64,000 bases of DNA, from assembly GCA_964016885.1 (NCBI GenBank), contig OZ024743.1, forward strand, positions 206,956,001 through 207,020,000, written 5' to 3'. Positions 27,701-42,100 of the stretch are shown here, piece by piece (position 1 is the first letter of the stretch; each line of letters starts with the position of its first letter). A program made the position numbers and the translations under genes. The notes beneath the pieces were generated by a model. That model was not told the DNA's origin, made no database searches, and saw nothing but the letters and a program-made list of their open reading frames with translations. Source of the stretch: Eledone cirrhosa (Eukaryota).

Positions 27701-28760
27701 CATCCCACTGGTCAGCTCTGATACTGATCCTTGGTACCATATATACACTGAAGAGAGCTCATCGCACTGGTCATTTCTGATACTGATCCTTGGTACCATA
27801 TATACACTGAAGGGATCTCATCCCACTGGTCAGCTCTGACAGTGATCCTTGGTACCATATATACACTGCAGGGAGCTCATCCCACTGGTCAGCTCCAGCA
27901 TACAGATCCTTGGTACCATATATACACTGCTGGGAGCTCATACCACTGGTCAGCTCTGATACTGATCCTTGGTAACATATATACACTGCAAGGAGCTCAA
28001 CCCACTGGTCAGCTCCAGCATACTGATCCTTGGTACCATATATACACTGCTGGGAGCTCATCCCACTTGTCAGCTCTGATACTGATCCTTGGCACCATAT
28101 GTACACTGCTGGGAGCTCATCCCACTGGTCAGCTCTGATACTGATCCTTGGTACCATATATACACTGAAGGGAGCTCATCCCACTGGTCAGCTCTGATAC
28201 TGATCCTTGGTACCATATATACACTGCCGGGAGCTCATCCCACTGGTCAGCTCTGATACTGATCCTTGGTACCATATATACACTGAAGTGAGCTCATCCC
28301 ACTGGTCATTTCTGATAGTGATACTTGGTACCATATATACACTGAAGGGAGCTCATCCCACTGGTCAGCTCTGACAGTGATCCTTGGTACCATATATACA
28401 CTGCAGGGAGCTCATCCCATTGGTCAGCTCCAGCATACAAATCATTGGTACCATATATACACTGCTGGGAGCTCATCCCACTGGTCAGCTCTGATACTGA
28501 TCCTTGGTACCATATATACACTGCGGGGAGCTCATCCCACTGGTCAGCTCCAGCATACTGATCCTTGGTACCATATATACACTGCTGGGAGCTCATCCCA
28601 CTGGTCCGCTCTGATACTGATCCTTGGTACCATATATACACTGCTGGGAGCTCATCCCACTGGTCAGCTCTGATACTGATCCTTGGTAACAAATATACAC
28701 TGAAGGGAGCTCATACCACTGGTCAGCTCTGATACTGATCCTTGGAACCATATATACACT
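15710..28760. repeat. Older degraded duplication, ~15.7-22.6 kb versus ~22.6-28.8 kb (boundaries approximate)
   Basis: Matching ORFs occur at drifting offsets: 15868/22769 (6901), 18388/24399 (6011), 21096/27054 (5958), 22112/28306 (6194). Rare variants are shared: GGCAGCAT..TTCACCGCTAGG (15831/22731), GGTGGGATCT (16141/23051), GGTAACAAAT..GGAACC (22491/28686). Confidence 0.8.
17496..18797. repeat. 651-bp (11-monomer) tandem duplication: 17496-18146 and 18147-18797
   Basis: Identical ORFs at 17737/18388 and 17777/18428 (offset 651 = 10x59+61). The variant order is the same in both copies: CAGCCCTGA, CACTTGT, GGGATCTGAT, CATTTCTGA, CACAGG..GAGCC, GCTCGG. Confidence 0.92.
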
Positions 28761-29210
28761 GCTGGGAGCTCATCCCACTGGTCAGCTCTGATACTGATCC
28801 TTGGCACCATATATACACTCCTGGGAGCTCATCCCACTGGTCAGCTCTGATACTGATCCTTGGTACCATATATACACTGCTGGGAGCTCATCCCACTGGT
28901 CAGCTCCAGCATACTGATCCTTGGTACCATATATACGCTACTGGGAGCTCATCCTACTGGTCAGCTCTGATACTGATCCTTGGTACCATATATACACTGA
29001 AGGGAGCTCATCCCACTGGTCAGCTCTGATACTGATCCTTGGTACCATATATACACTGCTCGGAGCTCATCCCACTGGTCAGCTCTGATACTGATCCTTG
29101 GCACCATATATGCACTGCTGGGAGCTCATCCCACTGGTCAGCTCTGATACTGATCCTTGGTACCATATATACTCTGCTGGGAGCTCATCCCACTGGTCAG
29201 CTCTGATACT

Positions 29211-32200
29211 GATCCTTGGTACCATATATACACTGCTGCGAGCTCATCCTACTGGTCAGCTCTGATACTGATCCTTGGTACCATATATACACTGAAGGGA
29301 GCTCATCCCACTGGTCAGCTCTGATACTGATCCTTGGTACCATATATACACTGCTCGGAGCTCATCCCACTGGTCAGCTCTGATACTGATCCTTGGCACC
29401 ATATATACACTGCTGGGATCTCATCCCACTGGTCAGCTCTGATACTGATCCTTGGTACCATATATACACTGCTGGGATCTCATCCCACTGGTCAGCTCTG
29501 ACAGTGATCCTTGGTACCATATATACACTGAAGGGAGCTCATCCCACTGGTCATTTCTGATACTGATCCTTGGTACCATATATACACTGAAGGGATCTCA
29601 TCCCACTGGTCAGCTCTGACAGTGATCCTTGGTACCATATATACACTGCTGGGAGCTCATCCCACTGGTCAGCTCTGATACTGATCCTTGGTACCATATA
29701 TACACTGCAAGGAGCTCAACCCACTGGTCAGCTCCAGCATACTGATCCTTGGCACCATATATTCACTGCTAGGAGCTCATCCCACTGGTCAGCTCCAGCA
29801 TACTGATCCTTGGTACCATATATACACTGCTGGGAGCTCATCCCACTGCTCAGCTCTGATACTGATCCTTGGTACCATATATACACTGAAGGGAGCTGAT
29901 CCCACTGGTCAACTCTGATACTGATTCTTGGTACCATATATACACTGCAGGGAGCTCATCCCACTGGTCAGATCTGATACTGATCCTTGGCACCATATAT
30001 ACACTGAAAGGAGCCCATCCCACTGGTCAGCTCTGATACTGATCCTTGGTACCAGATAAACACTGAAATGAGCTCATCCCACTGGTCAGCTTCAGCATAC
30101 TGATCCTTGGTACCATATATACACTGCTGGAAGCTCATCCCACTGGTCAGCTCTGATACTGATCCTTGGTACCATATATACACTGAAGGGAGCTCATCCC
30201 ACTGGTCAGCTCTGATACTGTTCCTTGGTACCATATATACACTTAAGGGAGCTCATCTCACTGGTCAGCTCTGATACTGATCCTTGGCACCATATATACA
30301 CTGAAGGGAGCTCATCCCACTGGTAGGCTCTGATACTGATCCTTGGTACCAGATAAACACTGAAAGGAGCTCATCCCACTGGTCAGCTCCAGCATACTGA
30401 TCCTTGGTACCATATATACACTGCTGGGAGCTCATCCCACTGGTCAGCTCTGATACTGATCCTTGGTACCATATATACACTACTGGGAGCTCATCCCACT
30501 GGTCAGCTCTGATACTGATCCTTGGTACCAGATAAACACTGAAAGGAGCTCATACCACTGGTCAGCTCCAGCATACTGATCCTTGGTACCATATATACAC
30601 TGCTGGGAGCTCATCCCACTGGTCAGCTCTGATACTGATCCTTGGTACCATATATACACTGCTGGGAGCTCATCCCACTGGTCAGCTCTGATACTGATCC
30701 TTGGTACCATATATACACTGCAGGGAGCTCATCCCACTGGTCAGCTCTGATACTGATCCTTGGCACCATATATACACTGCTGGGAGCTCATCCCACTGGT
30801 CAGCTCTGATACTGATCCTGGGCACCATATATACACTGCTGGGAGCTCATCCCACTGGTCAGCTCCAGCATACTGATCCTTGGTACCATATATACACTGC
30901 TGGGAGCTCATCCTACTGGTCAGCTCTGATACTGATCCTTGGTACCATATATACACTGAAGGGAGCTCATCCCACTGGTCAGCCCTGATACTGATCCTTG
31001 GTACCATATATAGACTGCTGGGAGCTCATCCCACTTGTCAGCTCTGATACTGATCCTTGGCACCATATATACACTGCTGGGAGCTGATCCCACTGGTCAG
31101 CTCTGATACTGATCCTTGGTACCATATATACACTGAAGGGAGCTCATCCCACTGGTCATTTCTGATACTGATCCTTGGTACCATATATACACTGCTGGGA
31201 GCTCATCCCACTGGTCAGCTCTGATACTGATCCTTGGTACCATATATACACTGCTGGGAGCTCATCCCACAGGTCAGCTCTGATACTGAGCCTTGGTACC
31301 ATATATACACTGCTGGGAGCTCATCCCACTGGTCAGCTCCAGCATACTGATCCTTGGTACCATATATACACTGCTGGGAGCTCATCCTACTGGTCAGCTC
31401 TGATACTGATCCTTGGTACCATATATACACTGAAGGGAGCTGATCCCACTGGTCAGCTCTGATACTGATCCTTGGTACCATATATACACTGCTCGGAGCT
31501 CATCCCACTGGTCAGCTCTGATACTGATCCTTGGCACCATATATACACTGCTGGGATCTCATCCCACTGGTCAGCTCTGATACTGATCCTTGGTACCATA
31601 TATACACTGAATGGAGCTCATCGCACTGGTCATTTCTGATACTGATCCTTGGTACCATATATACACTGAAGGGATCTCATCCCACTGGTCAGCTCTGACA
31701 GTGATCCTTGGTACCATATATACACTGCAGGGAGCTCATCCCACTGGTCAGCTCCAGCATACAGATCCTTGGGACCATATATACACTGCTGGGAGCTCAT
31801 CCCACTGGTCAGCTCTGATACTGATGCTTGGTACCATATATACACTGCAAGGAGCTCAACCCACTGGTCAGCTCCAGCATACTGATCCTTGGTACCATAT
31901 ATACACTGCTGGGAGCTCATCCTACTGGTCAGCTCTGATACTGATCCTTGGTACCATATATACACTGAAGGGAGCTCATCCCACTGGTCAGCTCTGATAC
32001 TGATCCTTGGTACCATATATAGACTGCTGGGAGCTCCTCCCACTTGTCAGCTCTGATACTGATCCTTGGCACCATATATACACTGCTGGGAGCTCATCCC
32101 ACTGGTCAGCTCTGATACTGATCCTTGGTACCATATATACACTGAAGGGAGCTCATCCCACTGGTCAGCTCTGATACTGATCCTTGGTACCATATATACA

Positions 32201-35200
32201 CAGCTGGGAGCTCATCCCACTGGTCAGCTCTGATACTGATCCTTGGCACCATATATACACTGCTGGGACCTCATCCCACTGGTCAGCTCCAGCATACTGA
32301 TCCTTGGTACCATATATACGCTACCGGGAGCTCATCCCACTGGTCAGCTCTGATACTGATACTGATACTTGGCACCATTATACACTGCTGGGAGCTCATC
32401 CCACTGGTCAGCTCTGATACTGATCCTTGGTACCATATATACACTGCTGGGAGCTCATCTCACTGGTCAGCTCTGATAGTGATCCTTGGTACCATATATA
32501 CACTGAAGGGAGCTCATCCCACTGGTCAGCTCTGATAGTGATCCTTGGTACCATATATACACTGCTGGGAGCTCATCCCACTGGTCAGCTCTGATACTGA
32601 TCCTTGGCACCATATATGCACTGCTGGGAGCTCATCCCACTGGTCAGCTCCAGCATACTGATCCTTGGTACCATATATACACTGCTGGGAGCTCATCCCA
32701 CTGGTCAGCTCTGATACTGAGCCTTGGTACCATATATACAGTGCTGGGAGCTCATCCCACTGGTCAGCTCTGATACTGATCCTTGGTACCATATATACAC
32801 TGAAGGGAGCCCATCCCACTGGTCAGCTCTGATACTGATCCTTGGTACCATATATACACTGAAGGGAGCTCATCCCACTGGTCATTTCTGATACTGATCC
32901 TTGGTACCATATATACACTGCTGGGAGCTCATCCTACTGGTCAGCTCTGATACTGATCCTTGGTACCATATATACACTGCTGGGAGCTCATCCCACTGGT
33001 CAGCTCTGATACTGATCCTTGGTACCATATATACACTGCTGGGAGCTCATCCCACTTGTCAGCTCTGATACTGATCCTTGGCACCATATGTACACTGCTG
33101 GGAGCTCATCCCACTGGTCAGCTCTGATACTGATCCTTGGTACCATATATACACTGAAGGGAGCTCATCCCACTGGTCAGCTCTGATACTGATCCTTGGT
33201 ACCATATATACACTGCTGGGAGCTCATCCCTCTTGTCAGCTCTGATACTGATCCTTGGCACCATATATACACTGCTGGGAGCTCATCCCACTGGTCAGCT
33301 CTGATACTGATCCTTGGTACCATATATACACTGAAGTGAGCTCATCCCACTGGTCATTTCTGATAGTGATACTTGGTACCATATATACACTGAAGGGAGC
33401 TCATCCCACTGGTCAGCTCTGACAGTGATCCTTGGTACCATATATACACTGCAGGGAGCTCATCCCATTGGTCAGCTCCAGCATACAAATCATTGGTACC
33501 ATATATACACTGCTGGGAGCTCATCCCACTGGTCAGCTCTGATACTGATCCTTGGTACCATATATACAATGCGGGGAGCTCATCCCACTGGTCAGCTCCA
33601 GCATACTGATCCTTGGTACCATATATACACTGCTGGGAGCTCATCCCACTGGTCCGCTCTGATACTGATCCTTGGTACCATATATACACTGCTGGGAGCT
33701 CCTCCCACTTGTCAGCTCTGATACTGATCCTTGGCACCATATATACACTGCTGGGAGCTCATCCCACTGGTCAGCTCTGATACTGATCCTTGGTACCATA
33801 TATACACTGAAGGGAGCTCATCACACTGGTCAGCTCTGATACTGATCCTTAGTACCATATATACACTGCTGGGAGCTCATCCCACTGGTCAGCTCTGATA
33901 CTGATCCTTGGCACCATATATACACTGCTGGGACCTCATCCCAATGGTCAGCTCCAGCATACTGACCCTTGGTACCATATATACGCTACCGGGAGCTCAT
34001 CCCACTGGTCAGCTCTGATACTGATACTGATACTTGGCACCATTATACACTGCTGGGAGCTCATCCCACTGGTCAGCTCTGATACTGATCCTTGGTACCA
34101 TATATACACTGCTGGGAGCTCATCCCACTGGTCAGCTCTGATAGTGATCCTTGGTACCATATATACACTGAAGGGAGCTCATCCCACTGGTCAGCTCTGA
34201 TACTGATCCTTGGTACCATATATACACTGCTGCGAGCTCATCCTACTGGTCAGCTCTGATACTGATCCTTGGTACCATATATACACTGAAGGGAGCTCAT
34301 CCCACTGGTCAGCTCTGATACTGATCCTTGGTACCATATATACACTGCTCGGAGCTCATCCCACTGGTCAGCTCTGATACTGATCCTTGGCACCATATAT
34401 ACACTGCTGGGATCTCATCCCACTGGTCAGCTCTGATACTGATCCTTGGTACCATATATACACTGCTGGGATCTCATCCCACTGGTCAGCTCTGACAGTG
34501 ATCCTTGGTACCATATATACACTGAAGGGAGCTCATCCCACTGGTCATTTCTGATACTGATCCTTGGTACCATATATACACTGAAGGGATCTCATCCCAC
34601 TGGTCAGCTCTGACAGTGATCCTTGGTACCATATATACACTGCTGGGAGCTCATCCCACTGGTCAGCTCTGATACTGATCCTTGGTACCATATATACACT
34701 GCAAGGAGCTCAACCCACTGGTCAGCTCCAGCATACTGATCCTTGGCACCATATATTCACTGCTAGGAGCTCATCCCACTGGTCAGCTCCAGCATACTGA
34801 TCCTTGGTACCATATATACACTGCTGGGAGCTCATCCCACTGCTCAGCTCTGATACTGATCCTTGGTACCATATATACACTGAAGGGAGCTGATCCCACT
34901 GGTCAACTCTGATACTGATTCTTGGTACCATATATACACTGCAGGGAGCTCATCCCACTGGTCAGATCTGATACTGATCCTTGGCACCATATATACACTG
35001 AAAGGAGCCCATCCCACTGGTCAGCTCTGATACTGATCCTTGGTACCAGATAAACACTGAAATGAGCTCATCCCACTGGTCAGCTTCAGCATACTGATCC
35101 TTGGTACCATATATACACTGCTGGAAGCTCATCCCACTGGTCAGCTCTGATACTGATCCTTGGTACCATATATACACTGAAGGGAGCTCATCCCACTGGT

Positions 35201-38200
35201 CAGCTCTGATACTGTTCCTTGGTACCATATATACACTTAAGGGAGCTCATCTCACTGGTCAGCTCTGATACTGATCCTTGGCACCATATATACACTGAAG
35301 GGAGCTCATCCCACTGGTAGGCTCTGATACTGATCCTTGGTACCAGATAAACACTGAAAGGAGCTCATCCCACTGGTCAGCTCCAGCATACTGATCCTTG
35401 GTACCATATATACACTGCTGGGAGCTCATCCCACTGGTCAGCTCTGATACTGATCCTTGGTACCATATATACACTACTGGGAGCTCATCCCACTGGTCAG
35501 CTCTGATACTGATCCTTGGTACCAGATAAACACTGAAAGGAGCTCATACCACTGGTCAGCTCCAGCATACTGATCCTTGGTACCATATATACACTGCTGG
35601 GAGCTCATCCCACTGGTCAGCTCTGATACTGATCCTTGGTACCATATATACACTGCTGGGAGCTCATCCCACTGGTCAGCTCTGATACTGATCCTTGGTA
35701 CCATATATACACTGCAGGGAGCTCATCCCACTGGTCAGCTCTGATACTGATCCTTGGCACCATATATACACTGCTGGGAGCTCATCCCACTGGTCAGCTC
35801 TGATACTGATCCTGGGCACCATATATACACTGCGGGGAGCTCATCCCACTGGTCAGCTCCAGCATACTGATCCTTGGTACCATATATACACTGCTGGGAG
35901 CTCATCCTACTGGTCAGCTCTGATACTGATCCTTGGTACCATATATACACTGAAGGGAGCTCATCCCACTGGTCAGCCCTGATACTGATCCTTGGTACCA
36001 TATATAGACTGCTGGGAGCTCATCCCACTTGTCAGCTCTGATACTGATCCTTGGCACCATATATACACTGCTGGGAGCTGATCCCACTGGTCAGCTCTGA
36101 TACTGATCCTTGGTACCATATATACACTGAAGGGAGCTCATCCCACTGGTCATTTCTGATACTGATCCTTGGTACCATATATACACTGCTGGGAGCTCAT
36201 CCCACTGGTCAGCTCTGATACTGATCCTTGGTACCATATATACACTGCTGGGAGCTCATCCCACAGGTCAGCTCTGATACTGAGCCTTGGTACCATATAT
36301 ACACTGCTGGGAGCTCATCCCACTGGTCAGCTCCAGCATACTGATCCTTGGTACCATATATACACTGCTGGGAGCTCATCCTACTGGTCAGCTCTGATAC
36401 TGATCCTTGGTACCATATATACACTGAAGGGAGCTGATCCCACTGGTCAGCTCTGATACTGATCCTTGGTACCATATATACACTGCTCGGAGCTCATCCC
36501 ACTGGTCAGCTCTGATACTGATCCTTGGCACCATATATACACTGCTGGGATCTCATCCCACTGGTCAGCTCTGATACTGATCCTTGGTACCATATATACA
36601 CTGAATGGAGCTCATCGCACTGGTCATTTCTGATACTGATCCTTGGTACCATATATACACTGAAGGGATCTCATCCCACTGGTCAGCTCTGACAGTGATC
36701 CTTGGTACCATATATACACTGCAGGGAGCTCATCCCACTGGTCAGCTCCAGCATACAGATCCTTGGGACCATATATACACTGCTGGGAGCTCATCCCACT
36801 GGTCAGCTCTGATACTGATGCTTGGTACCATATATACACTGCAAGGAGCTCAACCCACTGGTCAGCTCCAGCATACTGATCCTTGGTACCATATATACAC
36901 TGCTGGGAGCTCATCCTACTGGTCAGCTCTGATACTGATCCTTGGTACCATATATACACTGAAGGGAGCTCATCCCACTGGTCAGCTCTGATACTGATCC
37001 TTGGTACCATATATAGACTGCTGGGAGCTCCTCCCACTTGTCAGCTCTGATACTGATCCTTGGCACCATATATACACTGCTGGGAGCTCATCCCACTGGT
37101 CAGCTCTGATACTGATCCTTGGTACCATATATACACTGAAGGGAGCTCATCCCACTGGTCAGCTCTGATACTGATCCTTGGTACCATATATACACAGCTG
37201 GGAGCTCATCCCACTGGTCAGCTCTGATACTGATCCTTGGCACCATATATACACTGCTGGGACCTCATCCCACTGGTCAGCTCCAGCATACTGATCCTTG
37301 GTACCATATATACGCTACCGGGAGCTCATCCCACTGGTCAGCTCTGATACTGATACTGATACTTGGCACCATTATACACTGCTGGGAGCTCATCCCACTG
37401 GTCAGCTCTGATACTGATCCTTGGTACCATATATACACTGCTGGGAGCTCATCTCACTGGTCAGCTCTGATAGTGATCCTTGGTACCATATATACACTGA
37501 AGGGAGCTCATCCCACTGGTCAGCTCTGATAGTGATCCTTGGTACCATATATACACTGCTGGGAGCTCATCCCACTGGTCAGCTCTGATACTGATCCTTG
37601 GCACCATATATGCACTGCTGGGAGCTCATCCCACTGGTCAGCTCCAGCATACTGATCCTTGGTACCATATATACACTGCTGGGAGCTCATCCCACTGGTC
37701 AGCTCTGATACTGAGCCTTGGTACCATATATACAGTGCTGGGAGCTCATCCCACTGGTCAGCTCTGATACTGATCCTTGGTACCATATATACACTGAAGG
37801 GAGCCCATCCCACTGGTCAGCTCTGATACTGATCCTTGGTACCATATATACACTGAAGGGAGCTCATCCCACTGGTCATTTCTGATACTGATCCTTGGTA
37901 CCATATATACACTGCTGGGAGCTCATCCTACTGGTCAGCTCTGATACTGATCCTTGGTACCATATATACACTGCTGGGAGCTCATCCCACTGGTCAGCTC
38001 TGATACTGATCCTTGGTACCATATATACACTGCTGGGAGCTCATCCCACTTGTCAGCTCTGATACTGATCCTTGGCACCATATGTACACTGCTGGGAGCT
38101 CATCCCACTGGTCAGCTCTGATACTGATCCTTGGTACCATATATACACTGAAGGGAGCTCATCCCACTGGTCAGCTCTGATACTGATCCTTGGTACCATA

Positions 38201-39196
38201 TATACACTGCTGGGAGCTCATCCCTCTTGTCAGCTCTGATACTGATCCTTGGCACCATATATACACTGCTGGGAGCTCATCCCACTGGTCAGCTCTGATA
38301 CTGATCCTTGGTACCATATATACACTGAAGTGAGCTCATCCCACTGGTCATTTCTGATAGTGATACTTGGTACCATATATACACTGAAGGGAGCTCATCC
38401 CACTGGTCAGCTCTGACAGTGATCCTTGGTACCATATATACACTGCAGGGAGCTCATCCCATTGGTCAGCTCCAGCATACAAATCATTGGTACCATATAT
38501 ACACTGCTGGGAGCTCATCCCACTGGTCAGCTCTGATACTGATCCTTGGTACCATATATACAATGCGGGGAGCTCATCCCACTGGTCAGCTCCAGCATAC
38601 TGATCCTTGGTACCATATATACACTGCTGGGAGCTCATCCCACTGGTCCGCTCTGATACTGATCCTTGGTACCATATATACACTGCTGGGAGCTCCTCCC
38701 ACTTGTCAGCTCTGATACTGATCCTTGGCACCATATATACACTGCTGGGAGCTCATCCCACTGGTCAGCTCTGATACTGATCCTTGGTACCATATATACA
38801 CTGAAGGGAGCTCATCACACTGGTCAGCTCTGATACTGATCCTTAGTACCATATATACACTGCTGGGAGCTCATCCCACTGGTCAGCTCTGATACTGATC
38901 CTTGGCACCATATATACACTGCTGGGACCTCATCCCAATGGTCAGCTCCAGCATACTGACCCTTGGTACCATATATACGCTACCGGGAGCTCATCCCACT
39001 GGTCAGCTCTGATACTGATACTGATACTTGGCACCATTATACACTGCTGGGAGCTCATCCCACTGGTCAGCTCTGATACTGATCCTTGGTACCATATATA
39101 CACTGCTGGGAGCTCATCCCACTGGTCAGCTCTGATAGTGATCCTTGGTACCATATATACACTGAAGGGAGCTCATCCCACTGGTCAGCTCTGATA
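29211..39196. repeat. Near-perfect 4,994-bp (84-monomer) tandem duplication: 29211-34204 and 34205-39196
   Basis: The ORF offset is constant at 4994 from 29688/34682 to 33948/38942. The length is accounted for by 84x59 + 14x2 + 2x5. I noticed one difference (GCTGGG ~30838 versus GCGGGG ~35832). Confidence 0.95.
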
Positions 39197-42100
39197 GTGA
39201 TCCTTGGTACCATATATACACTGCTGGGAGCTCATCCCACTGGTCAGCTCTGATACTGATCCTTGGCACCATATATGCACTGCTGGGAGCTCATCCCACT
39301 GGTCAGCTCCAGCATACTGATCCTTGGTACCATATATACACTGCTGGGAGCTCATCCCACTGGTCAGCTCTGATACTGAGCCTTGGTACCATATATACAG
39401 TGCTGGGAGCTCATCCTACTGGTCAGCTCTGATACTGATCCTTGGTACCATATATACACTGAAGGGAGCCCATCCCACTGGTCAGCTCTGATACTGATCC
39501 TTGGTACCATATATACACTGCTCGGAACTTATCCCACTGGTCAGCTCTGATACTGATCCTTGGCACCATATATACACTGCTGGGATCTCATCCCACTGGT
39601 CAGCTCTGATACTGATCCTTGGTACCATATATACACTGAAGAGAGCTCATCCCACTGGTCATTTCTGATACTGATCCTTGGTACCATATATACACTGCAG
39701 GGAGCTCATCCCACTGGTCAGCTCCAGCATACAGATCCTTGGTACCATATATACACTGCTGGGAGCTCATACCACTGGTCAGCTCTGATACTGATCCTTG
39801 GTAACATATATACACTGCAAGGAGCTCAACCCACTGGTCAGCTCCAGCATACTGATCCTTGGTACCATATATACACTGCTGGGAGCTCATCCCACTTGTC
39901 AGCTCTGATACTGATCCTTGGCACCATATGTACACTGCTGGGAGCTCATCCCACTGGTCAGCTCTGATACTGATCCTTGGTACCATATATACACTGAAGG
40001 GAGCTCATCCCACTGGTTAGCTCTGATACTGATCCTTGGTACCATATATACACTGCCGGGAGCTCATCCCACAGGTCAGCTCTGATACTGATCCTTGGTA
40101 CCATATATACACTGAAGTGAGCTCATCCCACTGGTCATTTCTGATAGTGATACTTGGTACCATATATACACTGAAGGGAGCTCATCCCACTGGTCAGCTC
40201 TGACAGTGATCCTTGGTACCATATATACACTGCAGGGAGCTCATCCCATTGGTCAGCTCCAGCATACAAATCATTGGTACCATATATACACTGCTGGGAG
40301 CTCATCCCACTGGTCAGCTCTGATACTGATCCTTGGTACCATATATACACTGCGGGGAGCTCATCCCACTGGTCAGCTCCAGCATACTGATCCTTGGTAC
40401 CATATATACACTGCTGGGAGCTCATCCCACTGGTCAGCTCTGATACTGATCCTTGGTAACAAATATACACTGAAGGGAGCTCATCCCACTGGTCAGCTCT
40501 GATACTGATCCTTGGTACCATATATACACTGCTGGGAGCTCATCCCACTGGTCAGTTCTGATACTGATCCTTGGCACCATATATACACTGCTGGGAGCTC
40601 ATCCCACTGGTCAGCTCTGATACTGATCCTTGGTACCATATATACACTGCTGGGAGCTCATCCCACTGGTCAGCTCCAGCATACTGATCCTTGGTACCAT
40701 ATATACGCTACTGGGAGCTCATCCTACTGGTCAGCTCTGATACTGATCCTTGGTACCATATATACACTGAAGGGAGCTCATCCCACTGGTCAGCTCTGAT
40801 ACTGATCCTTGGTACCATATATACACTGCTCAGAGCTCATCCCACTGGTCAGCTCTGATACTGATCCTTGGCACCATATATGCACTGCTGGGAGCTCATC
40901 CCACTGGTCAGCTCTGATACTGATCCTTGGTGCCATATATACACTGCTGGGAGCTCATCCCACTGGTCAGCTCCAGCATACTGATCCTTGGTACCATATA
41001 TACTCTGCTGGGAGCTCATCCCACTGGTCAGCTCTGATACTGATCCTTGGTACCATATATACACTGCTGCGAGCTCATCCTACTGGTCAGCTCTGATACT
41101 GATCCTTGGTACCATATATACACTGAAGGGAGCTCATCCCACTGGTCAGCTCTGATACTGATCCTTGGTACCATATATACACTGCTCGGAGCTCATCCCA
41201 CTGGTCAGCTCTGATACTGATCCTTGGCACCATATATACACTGCTGGGATCTCATCCCACTGGTCAGCTCTGACAGTGATCCTTGGTACCATATATACAC
41301 TGAAGGGAGCTCATCCCACTGGTCATTTCTGATACTGATCCTTGGTACCATATATACACTGAAGGGATCTCATCCCACTGGTCAGCTCTGACAGTGATCC
41401 TTGGTACCATATATACACTGCTGGGAGCTCATCCCACTGGTCAGCTCTGATACTGATCCTTGGTACCATATATACACTGCAAGGAGCTCAACCCACTGGT
41501 CAGCTCCAGCATACTGATCCTTGGCACCATATATTCACTGCTAGGAGCTCATCCCACTGGTCAGCTCCAGCATACTGATCCTTGGTACCATATATACACT
41601 GCTGGGAGCTCATCCCACTGCTCAGCTCTGATACTGATCCTTGGTACCATATATACACTGAAGGGAGCTGATCCCACTGGTCAGCTCTGATACTGATCCT
41701 TGGTACCATATATACACTGCAGGGAGCTCATCCCACTGGTCAGATCTGATACTGATCCTTGGCACCATATATACACTGAAAGGAGCCCATCCCACTGGTC
41801 AGCTCTGATACTGATCCTTGGTACCAGATAAACACTGAAATGAGCTCATCCCACTGGTCAGCTTCAGCATACTGATCCTTGGTACCATATATACACTGCT
41901 GGAAGCTCATCCCACTGGTCAGCTCTGATACTGATCCTTGGTACCATATATACACTGAAGGGAGCTCATCCCACTGGTCAGCTCTGATACTGTTCCTTGG
42001 TACCATATATACACTTAAGGGAGCTCATCCCACTGGTCAGCTCTGATACTGATCCTTGGCACCATATATGCACTGCTGGGAGCTCATCCCACTGGTCAGC

